A stretch of 63,305 bases of DNA, counting the filler, from Lophium mytilinum (taxonomy: Eukaryota), in the NCBI GenBank assembly GCA_010093605.1. It is 15 parts of 8 records of this genome, joined end to end, with 100 filler letters (N's around TTAATTAATTAA, not from the genome) between each part and the next. Parts side by side here need not be neighbours in the genome. Positions count along the whole stretch, not along the records: positions 52,450 to 55,009 come from MU004204.1; positions 55,110 to 56,620 come from MU004204.1; positions 56,721 to 58,364 come from MU004204.1; positions 58,465 to 60,153 come from MU004204.1; positions 60,254 to 62,100 come from MU004205.1; positions 62,201 to 63,305 come from MU004206.1; 9 more parts are not named here. One strand, written 5' to 3'. The translations under genes were made by a program, and so were the position numbers. The notes under the pieces are model-generated. The model was given only the letters and a program-made list of their open reading frames with translations, did no database searches and had not been told where the DNA came from. Each line of letters opens with the position of its first letter. Position 1 is the first letter of the stretch. Positions 52,350 through 63,305 of this stretch are shown in pieces.

Positions 52350-55109
52350 NNNNNNNNNNNNNNNNNNNNNNNNNNNNNNNNNNNNNNNNNNNNTTAATTA
52401 ATTAANNNNNNNNNNNNNNNNNNNNNNNNNNNNNNNNNNNNNNNNNNNNAATAGATATAAATAAATATTAAGGTAGAGGCTAATTATTACTAATTATTAG
52501 GTAGTAGAGTTTTTTAAGCTATATAACTCTTTACTTCTATTATATTATAATATAGTCTATTTACTAATTATATACTTAATTATACGCCACTTTAAACTTT
52601 ATCTTCTATCTAGCCTTTTAATTCTAATTTTTATCTACTATTCTTACCTATTTTTTCTTTCTTATTCTTCTCCTTCTTTATCTCTCTCTTTTCTCTCTCT
52701 CTTCTTTTTCTTCTTTCTCTCTTATACGCTAACTTTCTTCTCTATACCTTAGGCTTACCTATACTTACTATATTTCTAGTACTACTCTATAAGTACTTCT
52801 TTAATAAATATTATACCTATTTAAAAGTATAACTAAGAGTAGCTACTTCTATTACTAGCGCGCGTGGATTTATATATTTTCTACTATAGTTGCCTTATTT
52901 TTTAACGCGTATAATTCTAAGGTTAATTATACTATAAGTAGTATCTACTATTATAACTTTATAGATAAGTAACTACCTTACTTATTACTTACTATTACTA
53001 TTTATCTAATATTATTAGCCTTCTATCCGCCCTTGCCTATATTACTATATAACGCTATTCTATCTACTAACTCTACTCCCTTCTATCTACCTTTCTTATA
53101 CTCTAACTTCTTATCTTATTTACCTAATATAGCTAAAGAATTAGATTAATATACTAGTTACTAATAACGCCTCCCTAATAATTAAAATAATAAGAAGTTT
53201 AATCTAGATAAATAGTTATTAAGTATAGACTCTAGTTAAGTAGACTATAATAGTAATTTAGAGCTAGATAAGCTAGATAACTACTATAGCCGCCGGCCTT
53301 TCTATAGTAGCTACTAATACTCTAGACCTACTTAGAGGAAGGCTATAATACCTCTAGTAGATCTACTATATAATATATCTATATAGAGTAAAATAGCATC
53401 TAATTTTACTAAAAACTTTAAAGGCTACTTAAGTTAAATAAATATTATAGCTAGTTTAGGTCTAGCTTTTAAGATATAGTACTAGATAGAAGCTAACTTA
53501 TTTATACTAATAGAGAACTCTAAAGTATATCTATAAATAAAATATCTCTTATAACTAGGCTAAAATAACTATAGTAAGAATAATGCCTACTTAGATACTT
53601 AGTCTAAAATATATATGCTTTTTATAGATATATAGAGTTATATATTTAAAAAGTCTTCTATATTAGCTANNNNNNNNNNGGTAATATTTTTATATACTAT
53701 CTAAGTAGTATACTAGTATTTATTATCTAGACTTTACTTCTCTATATTAGAAGTAGTAACCTTAAAATAGAGAATATAATCTAGATCTATATACTTACTT
53801 AAAGTATTAATAGAAGAGTAGATATAGTAGTTATACTAGAGTACTAGTAGGTTTTCTATAATTTTAATAAATAGTAGGTTAGTTTAGGTAAGAAGTTTAG
53901 CCTTCTATAACTCTAGAAGTAGAGATATAGTTTATAGTAGATTTAGAAGCTACTTAAGGCTATAAAATTCTCTAGCTTATACTTTTATAGATACTAACTT
54001 CTCTAGAGTATCTAGTATAGATATAACTAGGTGCATCTAGGTAAAACTATCTATTATTATAGCCTTAAACTTCTTATTAGTATAGATAGTATTAAGTAGA
54101 GAGTCTACTTAGCTATAGAATATAATCTAGTATAGCTTATTAGTATATAGTAATTTAAATACTAGAACTATAAATATAAGCTATATTTATAAGGCCGGAC
54201 TTTTATTAGCTAATTCTCTATAGATTATATATAAGATAATAGGTATATACTATTTAGAATATAAATTCTAAAGTAGACTAATATAAGACTTATACTTATC
54301 TTAAACTCTTATATAGTAAATAGTATTTTATATTAACCTTTTATAGAGTTCTACTAGCTTAGTAGAGGTAGCTAGTTAGGTTAGAATAATAGTAAGGAAG
54401 ATAGGGACCTCTACTAGCTCTTTACTAGCGGTTATATTAGTATTATACCTAATTATCCGGCCTCTAAATAAGGGTAGTAGGTATTCTTCTAGAATCTTAA
54501 GAACCTTAAGAGTGCCCTTAATAGTAAGGTTATAGTAGTACTTAGGCTTATTTATAGAGGCTACCTTTTATAGTTTATATATATCTAGATTAAAATAATA
54601 AGAGTAAGTATACTATTATATACCTAGTATATTAGTAGATAGGCTAGAGCGCATTTAAGTAGAGATTCTAAATTAGTACTTAATTATAACTTACTTTAGT
54701 AGCTCTTAGTTTTATAGCGCCTTAATAAGCTTTACTATATAGGTAGCATTAGGTATAGTTATTAGAATAATAGTAAGGGTGTAGATATCTATTACCTCTA
54801 TTTAGCCTTTTAAGATTAGAATATTTACTATAGAATTAAGTTAGTATTTAGTATATTTCTAGCGCTTTTAAAGGTTACTATATTTCTCTTTAAAGGTTAC
54901 TATAGACTTAAACCTATTAGTAGACTATATTATAGTTATTTAAGTAGTAAGTATCTTCTTAAGTTTTACTCTTTATAGTTTATTTAATTTATTTTTTATA
55001 ACTAAGATTNNNNNNNNNNNNNNNNNNNNNNNNNNNNNNNNNNNNNNNNNNNNTTAATTAATTAANNNNNNNNNNNNNNNNNNNNNNNNNNNNNNNNNNN
55101 NNNNNNNNN

Positions 55110-58100
55110 TAGAGAATAACTTCTATTTAACTATACTATTAGAGAAAATAAAGAGCATATCTAAAAAGATAGTACTTAGTTTTATAGTAAAGGGCCTTAA
55201 TATTAGAAAGGTAATATTTAAACTTAAGACTAGATATATATTAATTATTATTAATTATTAAATATTACTACTAACTAATATATAGCTAGGTCTATACTTT
55301 CTTAAGTCCCTGCCCCCTAGTATCCGCCCGGCTAAGAAACGCCCCCGCTATAGTAAGTCTAAGGCTACTATAGCTAAAAGTCTATCTAAATCTACTACTA
55401 CTAATACTCTAGATAAAATAATTATTAATTTAACTATAAGTCTAGATATATATATAGCTAATATAGATAGAGTTAATTCTACTATAGAGTAGAATAAAGA
55501 GAAGAAGTAGAAATAGCTAGTAGATATAGTAAAAGAAGAGAAAGAAAAAAAAGAGAAAGAGCTAGTAGAAATAGCAAAAGTAGAAAAAGAAAAGAAAGAG
55601 AAAGAAAAGAAGAAGAAAGAGTTAGTAGAGAAAGAGCTGGCGGAGAAAGCGCTAGTAGAGAAAGCGCTAGTAGAAATAGTAAAAGTAGAAAAAAAAAGAA
55701 AGAAGAAAGAGATAAAGAAGAAAGAGATAAAGAAGAGAGAGCTAGTAGATATAGTAATAGTAGAGAAGGCTAAAAAGTAGATAGAATAGAAGAAGAGAGA
55801 GCTAGCTAAGACTATAACTAAAGAGAAAGTAAAGAGATAGAAATAGCTAGAAGAGATAGCAGAGTAAGAGAAATAAAGAAAGTAGAAACTACTAGTAGAA
55901 AAAAAGGTATAAAAGCTATAAATAGAGAAAAAAGTATAACTAATCTAATAGATACTTAATATTATTTAGCTATATACTAAGTTAATATATAATTCTATTT
56001 AGCCTAGTATTATCTATAATAAGATTATATAGTAGCTTAAAGCGCTTAAACCTAAAACTACTTAGTATTTAACTATCTAAAAATAACTCTATATACTTAT
56101 AGTTACTATAGAGAGTAGCTAAACTATTTCTAGTAATACTTAAGTTATAGGGGATATAGTAATTAGTAGTATTAATATTATAGCTATATTTAAATTTAAT
56201 ATATATAGTTTTAGTAAGACTAAACTCTCTATAGATATAAATAAGATAATTATAGCTAATATAAAGAAGGTAGATACTATTAATATTACTACTATAATAG
56301 CCCTAATATTAAGCTCTATAAAGAATATCTTAGTAGTAGCGTTTAAGAAGGTACTATAGTTTTTTAGTTTACCTTTAATATATAGGAATTTTTCTAGTAA
56401 TATAATCTTTAAGCTATTAAAAATAACTACTAATTTAAAAATATATATAGCTCTATACTAGGTAGCTAGAATATATAGTATTATCTAAGGTCTTACTAGT
56501 AGAGCGCGTAGGCTAATTTTTATAGACTTCTCTAGAATAGAAAAAACTCTATAAATATTAATAGTATTTACTACTTATACTAGAGAGGCTAGTACTAATA
56601 CTCTATATTCTAGTAGTATTNNNNNNNNNNNNNNNNNNNNNNNNNNNNNNNNNNNNNNNNNNNNTTAATTAATTAANNNNNNNNNNNNNNNNNNNNNNNN
56701 NNNNNNNNNNNNNNNNNNNNTAAATATTAATAGTATTTACTACTTATACTAGAGAGGCTAGTACTAATACTCTATATTCTAGTAGTATTAAAGGCTATAT
56801 TATTTAGCTTACTAAAAAGAGTCTACTAAATTAGACCTATAAAAAGGTAAAATACTAGCTAAATATTAAATATAAGAATAAGAATTTTAAGGTTTCTAGT
56901 AGAAGACTTTATATCTAGTATATATATAAAAGTATTATAAAGGGTAACCTTACCCCTAAAGACTAGAAGAACCTAGGCCTATTTACTAAGAAATAAATAG
57001 TTAGGTATAGTATAAGCTAAATCTAAAAGTAAAAATCTACCTTATTATTATAAGCGCGGAGACCTTTAATAAAAAATATAATAAGAATTTAAACTTACTA
57101 GAGACCTTTATAATATTCTATAACCTATTATATAGTAATAAAGTAACCCCTATATATATATATAGGGCCGTTTTTTTTAATAAGTTCTATCTAGAATTTA
57201 ATAATATATCTCTATATATTATAGCTTTTAGCTATATTAAGTCTATATAGTATTAGTATATATTCTACCTAACTACACATAAATAGGTAAATATTAACTA
57301 TACGCTTAATTAGGTTTATTAGGGCTAGAACTTAAAAAGATTTAATAAGGCTACTATTCTATATAGCTACCCTAGAGGCTTATTCTATAGTAAAACTTCT
57401 TTTCTCTATAGCTCTAAAACTCTATTATATCTAATAGTTATACTATATAGAGATTTATAGACGCTAACTTAAATAGTAAACCTAACTAACTTAGACGCTA
57501 ATATTAAAGATAATCTAGATAATACTCTTTTAAATAAGAAGTTAAAGAAAGAAAATATAGATAAAGGAAATAAGTTTAATATTCTTTATTAAGGCTCTAC
57601 CCTCTAGCATATTAATTAAGAAGACTTTATAGGGGCTAGAGGTTACTACTACGCCTTAAAAATAGAGAAAGAGCAGTAACTATAGAATAATTCTAAATTA
57701 TCTAGATATCTCTAGAAAGTATTAGATATAATTATAGCTATAAGTATCTATAGAATACTAATAAGCCTTAGCCTAAATAGCCTTTTTTTAAGAAATATAC
57801 TACTCTATATTATATAGTAGGTAATAGTTAGTATACTAGACTATTTTAAACCCTTTATTAAGAAGTACTATATAGTTATTAGAGAAAGATATATAGACCT
57901 TAAAGAAGAGTATAAAGAATAGCTAAGGCATAGAGTAGTAATTAATAAGCTGCTACCTTTCTTTAGCCTAGGCGCCTTTCTAATAAGCTTAGGTAAGAAA
58001 AGGCTGCCCTAGATTTTTATATTAATTCCTAGGCTAGCTAAGTTAAAGATATAATAGAAAGAGATTAGCTTAATAAGTAACCTAATTTTTACTCTAGAAG

Positions 58101-58800
58101 ATATTAAAAATATAGGCTAAATAGATTATATAGACTTAGAAAGTACCCTTACTAAATAGTATACTAACCTACTAGCTAATTTAGAGAAGCTAAAGAAGAT
58201 TTATAGCATAGTTTAATATATTTAAGCTAAGAAGAAAAAGATACTAATTATTAGTAAGGAGCCTATAGTTAATTTAGTTATCTATATTATAAGTTACTAC
58301 CTATCTCTATCTATAATTAGTAATTATTATCTAATAAACTAATATAATTAATACTAGATAATTANNNNNNNNNNNNNNNNNNNNNNNNNNNNNNNNNNNN
58401 NNNNNNNNTTAATTAATTAANNNNNNNNNNNNNNNNNNNNNNNNNNNNNNNNNNNNNNNNNNNNTAGGGATAAAGTTAGTAATAAGGGGATAGCTATATA
58501 TTATAATATTAATACCTCTATTAGGGCCTCTAACTTAGCTAGCTATCTATCTAATAATATAGAATATAAAGTCTATAATCTCTTAACTAACTACTATTTT
58601 AATAGTATAGAAGATGCTATCTAGAAATAATAGTAGAAGGTAGTAGCGCGCATATAGTAATTAGTAGAAGTTAATATAAGTATATAAATATAAGCTCTAG
58701 TCTAAGATAATATAATAGAAGAGGTAATTATATAGATAAAAGTATTTAATTATATAGAATAATAGAGCTTTATTAAGGGGGGGATAGAGAAGAGGTATAT
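55110..58800 (+). pseudogene. Second, heavily degenerate SNF2-like ATPase gene with a K/E-rich coiled-coil N-terminus
   Basis: K/E repeats at 55490-55930, LIFIDFSRIEKTL* (motif I-like, ~56513), AVFFNKFY=FFDEFH (~57167-57190), LEKLKKI..KKKILIIS (motif IV-like, ~58180-58256). Spans gaps. Confidence 0.55.
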
Positions 58801-60253
58801 AACTAGCTAAAGATACTAAGTTAATATATATAGACTATATCTAGCTAGCTCTATTATATTCTATTATAATAAACGCATAACTTACTTCCTCTTTATTTTC
58901 TTCTCTCTATACTACTTAATTATAATCTACTTTACTTCTCTTTATAGTTATTATTTTTATACTCTATTTTAAGAAATAGAATATTCTTTTACTATATACC
59001 CTCTATCTATTATTTAGTAAGGCTTAATATTATCTACTTAAATATAGTAAAAGGTAATATAAAACTATCTCTCTCTACCCTAAATAGAGACTTACTATAT
59101 AACTTAAATATACTATACTATATACTCTATCTATAGTATATATTAATATATATATAGCTAACGCGTATAACTATAGATAGTAAAAAAGTAAAAATGCGCT
59201 GCCTTAAAACTAATTAATATAGTAACGCGCCTAGCTCCCTTAACTCTAACGCCTGCTAACTAATAATAAATATATAGAACTTAATAAGTAAAAGAAAATA
59301 TACTACTAGAATATTCTAAGATAGTAATACTATATTATCTTAGCCGTCTAGCCGCACCTTATCTCTTACTAGAAAGAGAAAATGCGGTATAGAGAATAAG
59401 AATAGGCACGCGCCTATTTTCTAATCTAGTAATACTAACTTCTATATATAAATAGACTTTAAGTATAAGATTAGCTTATATATATATTATAGCTACTCTA
59501 CTAAGTAGTATATACTAATAAATACCTATTAGGGTACTACTATAGTCTAAGATAAGATAGTAGCTAGAATAGAAGCCTATAGAGCTATTAACTAAATAAC
59601 TAGATTTAATACCTTTATATTAAGTAGTCTACTATTCTTCTCTTCTACTAGCCGCTTCTTAGATATAGGTAGAGCTATACCTATTTATAACTATATTAGC
59701 TCCCTTAGTATAAAATAACGCAGTAAAATAATTTAGATATAAAATAGTATAGATAGGCATACTAAAGTACTAACTATAAAGGTAAAATATATAGTAGTAG
59801 AAGAATAAATAAAATACTAAATACTTAGAAGTATAGTATTAGATACTAATATAATTAGAAAATATAGTAATAACCTTATAGCCTAAACTAAGAGTATTAG
59901 GCTAGATATATTTTAGTAAGTACTAATATAAATATAGATAGATATATATAAAGACTAACTATTCTATACTTAAGCTAATATCCCTACTACTCTAGACCTT
60001 TTTTACGCGTAAAAGGTATATTACCCTCTCTCTACTTCTATAACCTTATATAATAGCTAATTATAATATATAACCTAGATTTATAATACTTTTAGTTATT
60101 TCTATAACGCTATAATAAAGGTTACTTATAATATTATATAAGAATACTATAGTNNNNNNNNNNNNNNNNNNNNNNNNNNNNNNNNNNNNNNNNNNNNTTA
60201 ATTAATTAANNNNNNNNNNNNNNNNNNNNNNNNNNNNNNNNNNNNNNNNNNNN

Positions 60254-62100
60254 GCTATTTTAAGCTACTTAATCTTTATCTTACTAAGCTACTCTAGTAT
60301 ATCTAGTATAGTATACTAGGTAGTGTATCTATATATAATAGTAGGCTAGACTACTACTAAGTATATTAGGCGTGCTTTTCTAAAGCTAGCGCTCTAGGTA
60401 GATACTATAAGCCGCGTAAGTATCTCTATCTAGGTTATAGCTTTATTCTTTATAATACTAATATGCGGGCCCTATTTAAGCTTTAAGTCTACCTATACTT
60501 CTAGTACTCTTAGATTTATTATAGAGCCCTCTATAAAGCCTTATATATTAACTATAGCTCTTAAATTAACTTTTTTATAGGCTCTTATAAAGTATATTAG
60601 GTAATATTTATCTAGTATAAATACTATACTATACTTTCTTATCTATTCTATATATCTATTATAGGCTCTCTTAATAGCCCTATAGTTTACCTTTATAGTT
60701 CTACTATATATAAGGATATTTATATTATCTATAAATCTATAGGCCGTTATATTACTATTCTAAAGAGTTAGTAGTAGTATACTAGTAAAGAAAAGAAAAA
60801 AAATAGGTAATAGAGAGGAGCCCTATAGAATACCTATAGTAACTATAATTAGTTCTACTATATAGCTTTCTATAGAGAGCCTAGTTATATAGTCTTATAG
60901 AAAGAATCTAGTAAACCTTATTATCTACTCTAGTATACTCTAGACCTATAGATTATATATTATTTATTTATATAAGACTTAATTAAATACTTCTAATATA
61001 TCTAGGCTAAAAAGTAATACTATAAGCTATAGGTTTTCTTTCTATATAGTATAGATTTATTCTATAAGAAGTTTAAGTACTATCTATATAGAGCGTTCTA
61101 GTTATACCCCTATTTAGCTAGGTAGTAGTATATTCTTTTTCTTTACTATCTTAGAGAGCCTCTTAGCTATAATATATTTAAATAGCTTACCTATTATTTC
61201 TAGTAGTATAATAGGCCTATAGGCCTTTACTATTATATAAAATACTTTCTAAAGTTTATATAGAACTACTATAATTAATTCTTTAAATAGGCGGGGGTAG
61301 TATTTTCTATATAGATACTTTATAAAGAAGCGGGTAAATACTAGTACTAGTTATATCTTATACTTCTTTAGAAATCTATTTATAATTCCTATAATTCTAG
61401 AGGCCTTATCTAGCGTAATTTCTATTAGTACTAAAAGTATATCTTCTATAGTAACTTCTATAAGAGTAGTATATAGTTTTAGGTATTAAAACCCTTCTAG
61501 GTTAGATAGATTAGCTTCTACTAGTAGTAGAAAAAACTATTTAGTAAGTATATATACTTTTATCTTATTATCTATATATAGGGTAGAGTTACCTAGCTAA
61601 AAAAGGAGGAGGAATTAAGAAGGGGGCCTTAATTTCTTTCTAACTATACGGCCCTATTTAGCTAGTTTCTATACCTCTTTAGAATTATTTATTATCTTCT
61701 CTACTATATAGTACTATATTTTAGTACTCTCTTTCTATATAGCTCTTTTCTTATAGTTATATTAAACTTAGTATAAAATCTAGTTCTCTATAGAGTATAT
61801 TAAGCGCTATATTCTATATACTTGCCTAGTCTTATATACCTCCTTTAAGTACTTCTTAGTCTAGAATAGTAATGCGCGTTATAAGGGCTATACTATTAGT
61901 ACTATAGTATTAATAGTAATTTTAATAAGTTAGTAGAGAATATATATAAAGTTATCTAGGTCTTCTTCTTCTTTATTATCTAGGGGGTTATTCTAGTTTT
62001 CTAGCTTAAGTAGTTAGGCTATAAGGTGCTTCTATATATTCTTCTATATAATATTCTTCTATAGCTAGTATAGGGGCTATTTAGTTACTAGTAGTAGTAT
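60254..62100 (-). mobile_element. Tad1-like LINE ORF2 relic (RT), same family as 4022-5430
   Basis: Reverse complement of ~4540-5430, extending into RT with QGSxLxPIFFLF (~60790-60826) and an FIDD-like motif (~60725). Confidence 0.88.
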
Positions 62101-63305
62101 NNNNNNNNNNNNNNNNNNNNNNNNNNNNNNNNNNNNNNNNNNNNTTAATTAATTAANNNNNNNNNNNNNNNNNNNNNNNNNNNNNNNNNNNNNNNNNNNN
62201 TAATTTCTATATATAGGTACCCTCCTCTATTATTTAAGTTAGTATTATAAGCTCTACTAGATTAGTAGCTAATAGATTAAGGTTCTTAAAATAAAAAGAG
62301 AAGTTAGCTATAGCTACCTAAGAAGGTACTATACTACTTATTATTACCTAAGCTGCTACACGCCTCTCTATCTCTAATAGTAGCTTATTATCTACTAAAG
62401 TTGCGCCCTATAAGCTAGTAGATAGTAGCACTAATTTATATATCTTCTTACTATCTACCCTTTTTATAAGTATTACTAATTTAGCTTATACTATAGAATA
62501 GCTTACTTATCTACTTTCTTTCTTACTAAATAAGTACTTTTACCCTCTAGCCTCTCTACTAGCGCGTATACTGCCTCTATATAGAGAACATCTACTTTAA
62601 TCTATCTAGAAAGACTAGTATTACCTACCTATATATTTATTATACTTTTTATCTACTTACTTACCTCTACTAGCGCTAGGCTAACTATAGTTTATATTTA
62701 ACTAGCCTATATATCTCTCTCTCTTATAGCTCTCTACTACTCTAGGCGGCGCTTTCTAGAGGCTCTACTTAGTAGTTTCTACTCTCTCTCTATCTCTTAT
62801 AGCTTGCGCTCTAATAACTAAATTAGCGCGCTTCTTCTTATAGATTTAGCCTTTTTAGAAGTAGTAGAATTATATAGTTATATTTTATAGGCTACGCCTC
62901 TAGAATATATATAGGTTAGTAATACTTAGGTTTACCTATTATAGTATACTATAAGGCTAACCCTTAAGTATAGCTTAAAATTAGTAGAGGTAGGTTAAAA
63001 GTAAATAAAAAAGATAATAGAGTAATACTTAAATATTTAGGGGACTAATTAACTACTATATAGTATTTATATTCTACTAGGTAATTTAGCTATTAAATAC
63101 GCGTTTAGATAAAAGCCTCTTAATATAACTAATATCTTACTAGATATAATAGTACTTAGTTCTAATCTAATTATTAGCCTAATATTATACTAGCCTTAAC
63201 TCTAACCCTCTAAAAGGTAGCTACTACTATAGTAACTTACACCTTCTATAATAATAGCTAATATACTACTAGCGCATATTAGACTAAAGCCCTAAACTCT
63301 TTTAA

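Noticed and set aside
52450..55009. Possible minus-strand transposase or gag relics
   Set aside because: RIP-saturated, and I recovered no convincing motif.
56552..56789. ~69-bp direct repeat flanking a gap
   Set aside because: Identical contig-end overlap, so an assembly artefact.
62201..63305. Possible LINE ORF1 upstream of 60254-62100
   Set aside because: Position fits but no diagnostic zinc knuckles were seen, and it is separated by a gap.

Overview
AT-rich, repeat-induced point mutation (RIP)-scarred subtelomeric DNA from a filamentous ascomycete. TpA is enriched, CpA/TpG is depleted, TAA/TAG replaces expected Gln/Trp codons, and the telomere repeat is TTAGGG. The window is about 17 contigs, mostly joined by artificial N-TTAATTAATTAA-N linkers. 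The flanks hold dead transposons: two Ty3/Gypsy pol relics, one Ty1/Copia pol relic, Tad1-like LINE pieces and a degenerate SNF2-like gene. The core is one gap-free contig, 8703-32774. It carries a telomere-linked RecQ helicase (TLH) pseudogene whose middle resembles a tyrosine recombinase. The TLH is cut after helicase motif V and joined at 14648 to an ~18-kb unit that runs to a (TTAGGG)15 tract. The unit encodes an unknown ~1400-aa protein, an intron-rich SNF2 ATPase, a MYND fragment and a triple-dsRBD protein, and it ends in 60-bp tandem repeats. It carries at least 13 copies of a 35-bp palindrome, six or seven of them just inside ~90-nt introns of the SNF2 gene. A second, more heavily RIP-mutated inverted copy (32875-41388) shows the same left end joined to a different truncated target. 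I read this as a possibly undescribed chromosome-end-capping mobile element. All protein calls come from manual translation with RIP back-correction; no searches were run.
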